The notes beneath the pieces were generated by a model. The model was not told the DNA's origin. It was given only the letters and a program-made list of their open reading frames with translations, and did no database searches. Made by a program: the position numbers and the translations under genes. A stretch of 56,021 nt of DNA, the filler included, from Sphacelaria rigidula (lineage: Eukaryota): NCBI GenBank assembly GCA_964200075.2. It is 2 parts of 2 records of this genome, joined end to end, with 100 filler letters (N's around TTAATTAATTAA, not from the genome) between each part and the next. Parts side by side here need not be neighbours in the genome. Positions count along the whole stretch, not along the records: positions 1 to 27,973 come from CAXNAA020000107.1; 1 more part is not named here. One strand, 5' to 3'. Below are positions 10,864 to 23,400 of the stretch, in pieces. Numbering within the stretch: position 1 is the stretch's first letter; each line of letters starts with the position of its first letter.

Positions 10864-11502
10864 ACCGTGCGTACCCTATCCTACGTACTTTGGAACAATT
10901 AGCCTTAGGCGCCCAAATACTGAACTCCTCAACCGTGATGCCGAGCTTCTTGACAAGTTCGCCGGTTGGTGGTCCCGAGGGAATCGGGCGAGACGGTTCT
11001 TATTTCGCAGGGGTAGGCGGTGTTGGTGTAACGTGGTAGTCATACTATTGTAGACATGAAATCAAGATATATCGCTGAAATATCATTCGATTTAACTTAC
11101 AAGGAGCATGGCCAACTCGTCGCGCCATAGTGAGAACTGACGAAAAATTGTCCATGTTTACGTCATTTGCCCGGCGCCTGGTAACGGTGTGCTGGTCAAG
11201 CCGTGCTCTTCTGTGTGTCAGGATGCCACCTCATGCGTGAATTACAGTAGGGCGCTGCCAAGAGGCTGTATGGAAGTACAGTATGACGTGGGCTGACGAT
11301 CGGTGCAGTGTGGTAAACTGCAGTAGTACTGCCTATGGCTGACTGCGCTAGTTGCGGCGAAGCGACTTGTGGCTGACGAGTGCTGCTTCGCTTGACAAGG
11401 CCGGATGGTTTGAGACGCACACAATGCAGGCAATTTCTCGAGGCGGAGCATATAACAACACCATGACAAATCACACCCATCGCAAACAAAACAGCTGTAC
11501 AG

Positions 11503-14289
11503 ATGTCTCAGCATGCACAGAACAAACAGCGCAAGGGCCAGCATAGACCAACATACAAGATACTCGCAAGCTTCGTTCCATACAAAACCCACGTTTCCGT
11601 AGGTGCCTCAAACTTTCATACCCCTGTCCCTCGATGGCGCCGACTGCTGTACACCACGCAGCGCAACAATTTCCGGTCGTCAGACCCCCCACCAGGGCAG
11701 CAACAGCATACCCAGTACTACGACCGAGGAGCGAGCGGTCTAGGAAATGCAAGCCTAGCGGGAGGATACAGGCAGCAGTCGGCGGTGCGGCCTTCACCCT
11801 TCGCACGGGGCGCGTCAGACCAAAACGACAATGTGTCTGGCATGGGCGCGCCTAGTATTGTTGCTCACCAAGCAGGGCATGATCCGGGAGGAGAACCCGC
11901 AAGCCATTATCCCGCCTATCCACCCAGCAGAGGGTGGAGTAGTGTTGCAGCTAGTAGCGAGGTTGCACTGGTCCCAATTGATGCAGCGGGAAGCCGGGGG
12001 GGCGATGCGATGGACGAGGACGACGATTTGCCCACACGCTCTTTGGTGGATACGGATCCTGCTGATGTTGCGGGGCAACTAGCGGGCGGTATTCGGCAAC
12101 GGCGCGGAGGCGAGAGCCAGGAGGCGGCACGAAACGGCGGGAGATTTGGGAGCAGGATAGACCCGGATGCAAAGAGGGACACTTGGGTTGTGGTCTGGGG
12201 GGTGCCACCCGGGAAGTCCAACGACGTTCTTTCGTGTTTTTCACAGTTCGGGCACGTGGAGGAGCAACGAGGGGTGCCCGACAGCAACTGGCTGTACTTG
12301 AAGTGAGAGCATTTTGGGGTTCGTTTCCTTGTGCTGTGGTGTGCTAATAACGGTGATATTTTTCGATCTTTCTCCAAGTCGTTCGCGCTGTTGGCTCATG
12401 TGTTGGGAAATGTGGCAAATTTCGTCGTCGCTGCGGAAAGTGAACACAGTGATGTGCGCCAGCTTCCCCTCAAAACACGGGTTGGTACGGAAGCAATTGG
12501 GTGCACTGCCTGACGATGTTCTGGCGTTCAGCGTGGTGTGAACAAGAATGAGTTGAATTTGTCTCCAACTGATGGCGGAAAGGGTGTACGGAAATTTCTC
12601 GGTGTAACTGACTTGAGCTTTAAATGTACGCGTGGTCGCAGATGCCTGAATTCAGCGCGTCGCTTATGTTGACCCTGTGCACGCATCGCGGAATGTGGAT
12701 CGAGGATGACTACGTGATGGCCAAACCGGTGATCCCGTCCGTTTGATGCCGTTTCCTTATGCTGCAATGCGTCATTCCTTCTTGGCAACCCAGGATATTT
12801 TCTCACCGATTCTCCGAACTCATTTTCCCGCCACAGGTATGCATATTCACGAACCGGGATGTTGCCATGTTGGACAGTCGTCGAGGAAATGCGCCATGAT
12901 CTTCCTCGACGGAGATCCACGACAACGCATTCCCAGGGCGTGGGTTTCGGTGTAGATCGTGTGCGGCGCAGGCCAAGCCACCGTGAAAGACGCGTTTGAC
13001 TGCTCGATGTCTTCCTTGATTGTCCTGACAGCTGTACCCAACGTACGCCCTGGCACTCTCTTCTTCTCTTTTTCGATCGACGCAGGTACGCGACCAGGCT
13101 GCAGGCCGAGAAGGCGCTCGCCGCTGGCCACGGATCGCGGTTAACAAATACAGTCATGCTAGGCGTGCAAAAAGTCGTGGAAGACGAGGTGATGCCGCCG
13201 TCGTGTACATCGCGCTCGAGGATTGTACGCGACTGCCACAAATTAATCCAAAACTAGCTCTTGATTGGCTCGGCAAAAAAGCTAAATTCGTCAGACCCAG
13301 TAGCGTTACGCGCAGAATGTCTGGTGGCCTTGAGGGTGACCTTCGGCCGTTGGCGGAGATAACGTGCGTAATGATTTTAATGTGGCGGTGTTCAAGGCGG
13401 AGATTGGGAGTTGGCCCGTGCCAAGATGTGTACACTGCACACGCCGAAACCCCGCGAGGTGAACGCCTACACGATGCATGGCGAGTGTCAGTGGGTTACC
13501 ATGCCATATTCTGAGCGCTTCGCCCCTCGACTGTAAAATTACGCTCATTACATGTGACATTTAAAACTACGCATGCTTGGAGTTAATTTTGCCCCGAATC
13601 TTGAAATAAGCGGCATATTGAATCATATCCAGAACAAGGACATGGAATGCGGTATGGTGAGAGGAGATATTGTCAAACGTCGACGACGCACTGTCTAGCA
13701 CGCGCTCAACCCAAATCGATGCCTCCGCCCGTTTCGTCGAGTCTCGGTGCGATCTCTCTGCACATGTTCACGACGTTGGCTGTTTTTTTTCATAACGCCC
13801 GCTGAAAACTGCCATTTCTTTCTCGTAAACGTACGGTTCCAGGTGTGGTACTCGTTGAGAGAAGGCCGCATTCCGCCACTCGCTGCAGCACAGCCCTTGC
13901 TAGGGACTGGATCTTCAACTTCTGCCAGGCCTTCAACAGCACAGCGCTCCGGCAGGTGCGTGCCTCACGATTTGGTATCAAGTCCCACGTGTTGCTCTAG
14001 AAACGTGTGGAAACTCTCCTTGCTCTGCACTTGACCGAAAGTTGGAAGCACAGAAATTTCTGGCGGTCAACCTAGTGCTTGTCAGACTGGAGCAGCGACA
14101 TATATACGTGTGTGTAGATGTGCATTTCTGATATCATCAGCCGATGACTCTCTTTTTCGTCAACGTGTTTCGTGCAGGGACGAGCAAACTGTGGACGATG
14201 CCGACTTGCTGGGTGCCCCCCCTCAGCGACCGCGAGGGGAGGCTAGTATCTGCGGCAGGATCAAGCAATTTTTCGGCTTTTACCAGTAG
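11503..14289 (+). CDS. NUP35: Nucleoporin Nup35/Nup53 (MPPN RRM-like domain), ~375 aa; start uncertain
   Basis: Exons 11503-12302, 13086-13188, 13843-13955 and 14178-14289 join in phase via GT-AG introns. The spliced domain reads TWVVVWGVPPGKSNDVLSCFSQFGHVEEQRGVPDSNWLYLK|YATRLQAEKALAAGHGSRLTNTVMLGV. The C-terminus is amphipathic (SICGRIKQFFGFYQ*), typical of Nup53. An alternative 5' structure uses an acceptor at 11602 with an upstream exon, possibly from ATG 10938. Confidence 0.85.
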
Positions 14290-14866
14290 TCTTCCAATTG
14301 GAGGCTGGACGTTATGATCACGAATGGGGGAAGAGGCGTGGCGGCTATAGGCGTGTGTATTTTTCTTGTACTCTTCTATACTGCCTCGAAGATTGAGGGG
14401 CCTCCTTCTGAATGAAAACGGTCCCTGTCGGGCATCGGCCCCGCTCATGTTCGAGGTCAAGACCAACATTTTTTGTCGTTTAATGTGATACCAAGTAAGC
14501 GTGATGCGAGGCTACGCTGTATTTTCCTTGTGTGTGATGGTAACGGTACGAAATTTCAAGAATATCACCGATGGTAGATGTGGCATTCAACATGTAACAG
14601 TGTTCTCGTGAGATCCACAGTAGATTGTCGATTGAGACATCATTTGCTTCAACTTGGATCAAGTTTCCATTCTATGTGCTCTTCTTTGCTTGTAACACTG
14701 GCGTGTGCTTACAGCTAGACGTCGATATCCTACTCAACCGGTCGCCGCAGTGGCTCACTTGTGTCGTGGTGTCAAATCCTCGGAGCGATCAGGGATATTT
14801 TTCTCACACCATCTCCAACAATGGTGGGCAAACATGTCGTTGGTACACGACATTCGCTTATTGGTG

Positions 14867-15770
14867 GACGAGGGAAAAGGGATAGTGGTGCCCCTCTCGC
14901 GATAAGAAAACAAAAGGCAAGCAAGGCAGAAGGGAGGTGGAGTAGCAGAGACAAATTATAAAAAAAAGCTTGTGTTCACCTGCCCTATGTGCAACCTCGG
15001 CGTCCAGAGTAAATGGGACAACAACACATATACACACAACAATCTTCAGCTCACGAGAAAAGTGTCATATATTCGTGTAGATGTTTCGCTTAGGTGTTTA
15101 TATCCCCTGTCCACGGGCTATTTGATCCATGGGTTTGGGTGGTACACTTCTTACGCTCTATGAACATGATTTGAGAGATCGAGCTGAAGTATCGAAGATG
15201 ATGATCATGATTTGCTATGCTGAAAAAAAAGCTTATGGGATGTATCATCTCCGCTCTCACCACTGTAGCGTCGCGATGGGCAGAAGGCGGATTTTCATTA
15301 TTCCTCCTTTTTCTTGCGACAAATCTCATGTGTCCAGATGTAACCCCGTGTTTCCCTCACTTGGTAGTATCGCGGATGGGATCGGCACCCCCACATCGTG
15401 TCGTACCGGGTAGAATATCGTTTGCTTCCAACATCGTCTTTTCAACAAAGACCAATGCTCTTGACGTAGCAACATGGTTGGAGAGACTTCCAATTGTCAC
15501 CTTCCCTGACGTTCATTCGGTACGTCACCGGGGTATAACTGATGACTGAACGGGTTGTTCCATCGACAAGGCGCCGATACCTCGTCTTGGTCATGTTGGG
15601 AATAATTGCAGTGCCATTCGTTTGCACCCAACCGTCGTTGACCGTCATGTAGGTTTTTGCAACTGTCGAGTGTGTTGTTCGACAAGATATAATGCGGTGC
15701 AGACGTGTTGACCCGATCGGGGAGATGAAAATGCAAGATGGGCACCGAGGAATATCCCTCGAGACGATGG
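14867..15770. repeat. Composite dispersed and fold-back repeat between NUP35 and UXS
   Basis: 14867-15027 is a direct copy of 262-425. ~15350-15405 resembles ~5440-5490 and also has a diverged inverted partner at ~15695-15760. Boundaries are approximate. Confidence 0.6.
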
Positions 15771-17400
15771 ACACGTTGCGAGTACAAGTGTAGTGTTGGG
15801 GGACTACAAGCATCTGCTGTTCGAATTAATGGACATTGTTCATCTGATCTGAGAAAGATATGAAATATGTGAGCACACTTACTTGGCCCGGATGTATGAC
15901 TCCTACCGTAGCACCAATCTATGAACTAGAAGTGAAAGTAACCTTATATCGACGGACACTCCTCGTGGCGCGGTATAGAATATTCAGGCGTAGGCAAAGT
16001 TCTGACCCTTTGCGATCGCATCACAAAATTGATGAGCAGGAAGGAGGAGTTGTACCGGGGATGTCGACACAAATGGTCGGGGTGGGGGGGGGGGCACGTC
16101 CGACAATCTTCTCTCCACAAACTGTAGGCCATTCTCTCCTTCCTGTGCCTTCGGGATTTGCCACACAACCGACTTGGGCACAAAAAAAGGTTTTTTACAT
16201 GTAAGCAGTGGTGACCGGAGTACATTTTAGCTCATGATTTTTTCGACGGGTACACAATATACGTCGCGAAATCCCCCCCCCCTCCTCCTTAACTATACTT
16301 GATCATTTCCGCACATTAGCCTGTTCGCCGCCAACCGATCAATTCAAGGGAACGGTAGAGGAAAAGCCTTCCCCGGCCTGACTGGTCGAAATGTGGTGAG
16401 AACGCATCATATTTCGCAAGAGAGGAAGTAAAAGAGGGAAAAAAGGAAATACAAAAGAGCAAAAGAAATGTACCAGATGCCTGCAATGCTTCAGTAATGC
16501 TCATAACCCAACATACGATAATTTGGCTACAGGCTACGGCGCCCGCCCTGCCAACTGCCGTTCATTTACGTTTATGTTATCGCCATATGCCCAAGACTGC
16601 CGGAATTATCTATGGTCAAAATCTCGGAACGGCAGGCCGGGGACGCTGAATTGGTCAACTTGTTAGGGGCCTGGTTAAGTCCCTACTTTGGCAGATTGCC
16701 TTTGATTTACATGTTCGCACGAGTGTTTCAACATGTAAACCGTGTTGCCAATATCGAAGATGAACAAATCACCATGATCAATCGGTTTTCACACCGTCAG
16801 TTTCATACCTGAGCTGCACGTGGCGAGATCCCGCGTCATGGCTTTCCAACGGTCGGGAAATGCGTACTTCGGGAAAGGGCTAGCTGTCATTCAAATCGCC
16901 GCATCAGGTATTGGTATTGATACATTTTTATCTCATACTTCATTTCTATCTCATACTTCCTCGCTCTCAACAAAAACACGAATCACATCACACTTTCATG
17001 CTACAGCGGCACAGTACGGTCAGTCCCATGCTTGAAAAAATACACGTCACAAGGCTGGCTCGCTCCGGGTGAACAACTACTAGCGTCAACAACGTGTAAA
17101 ACAACCACTTTTATCAGAGCTCTCCATCCACAAGTCATTGCCCGCACACAAGAAATCCTCCGCCGCGAAATGCGGGGAAGGATATGAACAACGGAGGTCA
17201 ACCAACACAGGCACAATCTTCCAAGACACATGTCGACCTCGTCGGTCGAACAAACCCTCCCCGCCACTGCCGCGAGTGATCTCAAACGAAAACAACAGCA
17301 GGAGGATTTGGTGTCCACGGCTTAATAAAGCGACCGGATATTCCTTGAAAGAAGGAGCCGTTCGCAAAGGCACGGTGCGTCACATGCGCATTGGAACCTT

Positions 17401-20400
17401 TTACTTTGGCGTCGGAGATGCAGCCGCTGCCCTAGACTCGGCACGTTTCCTCTCCTCCTCCGAGTTTTTGTGCGCGTCGTGTGTAGTGGGCTTCTTGAAG
17501 TTCCTCATGTCCAGCTGCCTGAAAGACGAGGGCCATGAGTGCAAAGGTAGCATACGCAAATGAAAGGTCAATTTTCGGGCATGCCCGTCGTGAATACAGG
17601 TTCAAGTATTAGACTACGCTTGAAAATCCTCCCAGTGCCTGCGCAGTTGGACAAGGGCGGCCGGAAGCGTTGTCACTTCCGGGTACGAAAGAATCAGTCT
17701 GAGATGACCCCATATTCCGCGATGGCGTCTAGGCACCAGAGGCCAAGTCGAGACCTTTACACCCGCCCTCCCGATCCAAGATTCGCATGCTGCAATACCA
17801 ACTAGCACCATCACTGCTCGCATACGTCAACCAAGAACTCGAACTGCGTTCTGGCGGCCCGCGGAAAATGAAAGTTCACGTATGGCATGCCTTGCCTTTA
17901 TCGAAAACATCTCACGTACTCGAAGGCAAACTTTCGTCCGTCGGCCTACGGCACCGACACCGTGACATCACTAGAAGTGCGACTTGACTCTTTTCATAGA
18001 TTTTAGGACTGTAATAGTGTAGTGATGAACAATCTGCAGGACGAAGCCGATACACACGTTGTATACTCGTATGGTACACCCGTTTTTCTTCACCTGAAGT
18101 AGTCGATGGTCTTCTTCAACCCCTCCTCCAGCGGCACAGTGGGTTCCCACTCGAGCGCCTGCTTGGCAAACGAAATGTCCGGCCTGCGCTGCTTAGGGTC
18201 GTCCTGTAACCAACGCGAAAGGGGTAGAAAAGATTCTCAATCTGTGTGTGCGCATTGATGTGTGCTGTTGGGGGTAACTGCGCAACAAGCGCTACTCAAG
18301 CGAGGGGAGCAGGACCGAGAGATACGCAGTCACTCTAATGACAAGATTACGTTACTGTTGCTATGCCAAGCGATTCACAGCAACACCAAAATACCACAAC
18401 GACATTGTCATATCTGGATCGTCGTGGAGATAGTTCGCCCCATTGCCATGAATTGCATCGTGTTGGAGAAGGTGCCATGCTTGCGGCATAAACGGTTATG
18501 GTGAAAAAAACAAGTCGCCGGACATCTGTCGAATGGGATGAAATGAACCACCACACTCGGACGATCGTCACAAAAAAATAAGAGACTGTACTACTACTAC
18601 CACCATTACTGAATACTGCAGTGAATCAAAAATTGTGTTGCAGGGGGACGCCTGGACGTCAGCAAACGACGCAAAAGCCAATCGTGGACAGCATACAATA
18701 AAAAACAGTCAGTCACGATCCGACGGTCAAGGAGGTACCTGGGGCAACGGCTTGTATATGATCTTGCTGGTCGATTCCGTGAGGCGAATGGTCATCTCCG
18801 CCAGCTCCTTGATCGTGAACTCCGTTGGGTTCCCGATGTTCATGGGCCCAATCTACCACGAAGGGGACAAGGAAGGTGAAGAGGTTGAGTTCCCCATATT
18901 TTGTTGAGCGATATGCACCACCTCCAAGTTTCGAGCGCTATGACTACAGTTCACACTTCCCCCAAGTGTTTCGCGATTCCTCGCGAGTTTTGGAATATGG
19001 TCACCTCATTCTCGTTGTTCATGAGCCGTATGAGTCCCTCGATGAGGTCGTCTACGAAGCAGAAGGAACGAGTTTGCCCGCCATCTCCGTAGATGGTGAT
19101 GTCCTCGCCGCTCAATGCCTGCACGATGAAGTTGCTCACTACGCGTCCATCTGAAACGGCAGAGATACATGATTACATTGGACAGATGACATGAATAAAT
19201 GCCTCAAAGACCGCACAGACAAGGAAGAACTGCAAGCTCGGGTACATCCTCATCAAACATCGTACATAGTGTCATCAGGATTCACGCGCACCCTGTTTGG
19301 CTGGCACACGACGCCCACGCAGCACCAATCCTCGCAACTTTCGGAGAATGCCAAAACATATGGACAGCACACCACTTGTGACAGGACACCAAACGGAGTG
19401 CTGCCGGAAGTTAGGATGTAACTCGAATCACGAGTTGCGGTGAAGACTTTTCACGAAGCATCAAGGGGTGGCGGTGCAAGGAGCCTGGAATAACGATGTG
19501 GGATGAGGCGACAACACTCGCTACCTCAACACCAGAAGCAGGCAATAAGTAACTGTCAGGGGCACACATGATTTCTCGATCGTGGTACGACCACACCCCT
19601 CGCACGAGCTTCAGCCAGTAGTGTTCACCACTTGCTCGATTGGAACCTTCCCGAAACTTCATAACTTGATTTGATTGTAAACACCTATATTCGGATCTTT
19701 AGCGGGGCTGATAGCCCCAACTGCCTCACGCGTGCGCAGAACGCGTTCTTGTCAAAATTGGCGCCTGCGGCGCCGTTTTGAGGTCTCCCAACGCCACGCT
19801 TTGCGTAGGGAACGCTTCGCACCCCTTCGCCCGAGGGTTCCCGGTATTCCTCGGATTGGGGTCAGGGCTAGGGTTAGCGTTACTTGAAAAAATATGTTTC
19901 CAAGAATTTTCTTCATCGACCAAGTGGCGAACACACCTCGCTTCAGCGCGTTTTCAGTCCAATTTCTACAATGCGGCAGTATTTCTCACCGTACGGGTGC
20001 ATGCCGGGCCCGAACGTGTTAAAAATCCTAGCTACGCGCACGGCGAGATTATGCTGCCTGTGGAAGTCGAAGCACAGAGTCTCCGCGACGCGCTTCCCCT
20101 CGTCGTAGCACGCTCTCACACCTGGAAGGAGGCGACAAGAATTAGCGAGACCGTCAAGGTGGGCGCAAAAACCACTGCGCTGGGTCAAACCGACTCGCCG
20201 ACGGCGGTGATAAATCTGTTGGCACATGCACTGCACGATACATGGAGCGTGTGTTGACGCGGGAAACGTATGCCCCTGAGAACACGCGATGACGCACAAC
20301 AGTGCAGCTCTATCTGGTACAACATGTCACGGGCTTGTTTGCAGGCATTGCATAGAAGCAACACCCATCGCGGAAAGAACAACCTCGAGAGGGCAAGGAC

Positions 20401-23400
20401 GGGGCCGAGTGAGCACACATCATGCTGGCGAATCCAAAAGCATCCATCTACGCGCAAGTGGGCAAACAGGGGCAAGATGCCCCGATACTCTCCGTAACCC
20501 AGAAACTACGTGCATGAGCAAGAACTGCTTTGACGCAACTCACCCGTGCAGTTGACGTTTCCCCAGTAGGATTCATTTTGCGGAGTCATCTGCGCATCCC
20601 CGTATACCTGGAGAAACACGCCAGAGCAGCAAAGCAACGGCATGGGCACGGGGTATACGTCGTGCTCTCGAGTAGTTTTGGAATAGAATGCAAGTCCCAC
20701 ATTTCACTCGTCTATAACCTTCTTCATTCTTCTTTGCCTCTCGCTCCGCAAGGGGGAGCAATCTTTACAGCAATTTTCTCACCTCGGCACCGGATACGAG
20801 TTTCATGGCTACTCCATGTGTCACAAAATACTTTACACCTGCTCTGCTGACTGATTCAGGAGTGTACCAGCGTACACCGGATGGCGCAAAGGCAGGACCA
20901 TGTGATGAGGTGCCGGAGTGTGCGCTTAGTGCGTACCGTGGCTGCTCACCTCGCTGGTGGACGCCTGAAGCATTCGAGCATTCACACGCTTGGCTAGGCC
21001 GAGCATGTTCATCGCTCCGAAGAAGGATACCTGTCGATTTGGCCAAAGCGTTGGGTAAAAAGCAAAGAAATATTGACCGTGCCGACATCAAACATCAAGG
21101 GGATTCGAAATCGTTTGCACAAACGCACCCACTGCCGAGGGGTCAAGCGACTGTACGATGATCTGAGTGGCTTCACCTTGGTGGTCTTGATGGGGTTATA
21201 CTGGTAGTGTACGGGAGACGCCGGGCAAGCCAAGTTGTAGATCTGGTCCACTTCCGCCCGAAACGGCTCTGTGATGTCATGTCGCACGAACTCAAAGTTG
21301 GGGCGGTCGAACAGGTCCTGCGAGCACGACAGTTGAGAGATTGAGAATGACGCGCGCTGTCAGAACATTCGAATGAAATGGCCTTGTATAGTAAAGAGCG
21401 CTTACCGCGGTATCAGGGCATTCCCGCGTGTGAGGCCAGCCCGTGGCTGGTCCTACTACAACTACTCTGTGCATGAATGGCGTGGAAGAATTTGCGCGTC
21501 ACCTCTGCCGCTCACGCAAAAAAAGCCGCGAAATTTGGCGGGAACAGCGGTCATCACGGTACATGCTTATGCGTAAAAGAGCTGCTGCACGCACCTGGAT
21601 GTTGAGCTTCTGACTGGTGAAGAAATTATCCAAGCAGATCACCTGCAAATTACACGGGGGTATCCATGATGTGTAGGGGCGAGGATTGAAATCAAGATGC
21701 TTGTTTATTATGTACTCGCCACCTCAAGAAAAAAGACGTCCCTATATCCCCACTCATCACGCCAGAACGCTTCATCTTTATACATGGTTCATCCGCCCAG
21801 GCGACCGCCCCCTCTTGCCACCCGAAGGGTGAAGGACAGAGACAAAGGCGAACACACTCTAGCCTTGCATAGTAGGTACAAAACCATCAACCCTTTTCTT
21901 TTTCTTTCTTGAAGGTGAGCGATCTGAGGGTCAACTTATTTTGGGCAATGGCCTAGAAAAGGTTCACCTGCTCGTTTGTGGCGTTAGGGTTAGTAATATG
22001 TGGTCGTTGTGGCGTTCGTGGACGGCGAATGGGCGAAAAAAGAGCCGAATGTGTGGGCGCCATGGTACTGTGAGAGAAGCGATGGCCCAGGATGGGTACT
22101 TTCTGGGCCGACTGGTGGCCCAGATAAAGTACGATTGAAAAATGATTCCTAGAACACGTATACGTGGCCGAAATTTGGCCTAGAAAGGGGAAGTGATTTC
22201 TGGAGGCGAGATGTCCTTCTGTGCATGGTCATATCTCGCGAGTACTGTACCAGCATGTACTTGGCGGCATTGTTGGCGGTACGGTACTGTCAGTGCTGTC
22301 TGTAGAGTATACATCAGCATCTACCAAGCCTAATGATTGTGTTCTAAAGTAGCTGGGTCGGCTGCCTGCGAAGCGTATGTAACGTAATGTGAACGGCTGC
22401 TGCTGCTTTCGCCAATAGCTGGTGGTGGTTCGTCTGTGCATGTGTGTGTGCTATGGTGCTGTCCGTGTCGTACCGTGCGTGCATCGTACCGCGTTTTGCG
22501 AGCGAACTGTGTGTCTGCTCTTGCGCGTGCGTGGATTCAAAAATGTGTTCGTCGGACCAGCGGGTCTACTCTAACGCGTGCAATGGAACTGGTTCAACTA
22601 CGAGGGTGGGTTCTGTGAATCTGCGCGTGGGGGTAGAAATACGCCGGCCGTGTGTCTGGGAGTCTAGTCCCCAGAGGGTTAACGCCACTACTTGTAGACT
22701 AGAAAAAGTCACTGAAAATAGTCGTGTCGGTCAGTTCTAGAGACTTTTTATTCAGACCGCGACTTTACAGGGTCAATTTCCATGAAAAAAGTATCTGGGA
22801 ACAGCGAGTCGTTTCCAGACAGCGTGATTTGGAAAAATATCGCCGAGAAAAGCACAGTTTTCAGTGAGACCAAACTGTCTGAAAACTGACGTTGTGTCAA
22901 ACACTCCTCACACACCGGACCCGCAATGGTACAGTCAGTGCTCCATAACGCACTCCTCACATATAAATGTGGTACAGTCACTGCAAAAATAGCTGCAGCA
23001 CTCCGTGCACTCTCTTCATGACCATAGGACAAGGGACAGACAGTTCAATTGTACACTGCTTCTTGCTTTTTCACTGGCAGCTATACTACCGTAAAATAGC
23101 AGTGTCGAGCTTGCACGTTGTATTGACTGCTCGTTTTGTTTCATACTTGTCGTGCCCGCCACCGATTGTAAACTCTATAGTATTCTGTGTACAGGAGACG
23201 GTTGCTATCGCACTACTGACTTGTCACGTGAGTTTGTTGTGAGTGGTATGGCACAAATCGTCCTGCTGCACACTGTACTGCTTGCGACACTGCCATGACA
23301 ACCGGCGGTCGGCTGAAGTAAGGGTTGATACGCCTGTCATTTCGATCCCTATTACAGTATACCAATAGCTACTGTGTGTGCTGCCATTCCATTCATGTAC

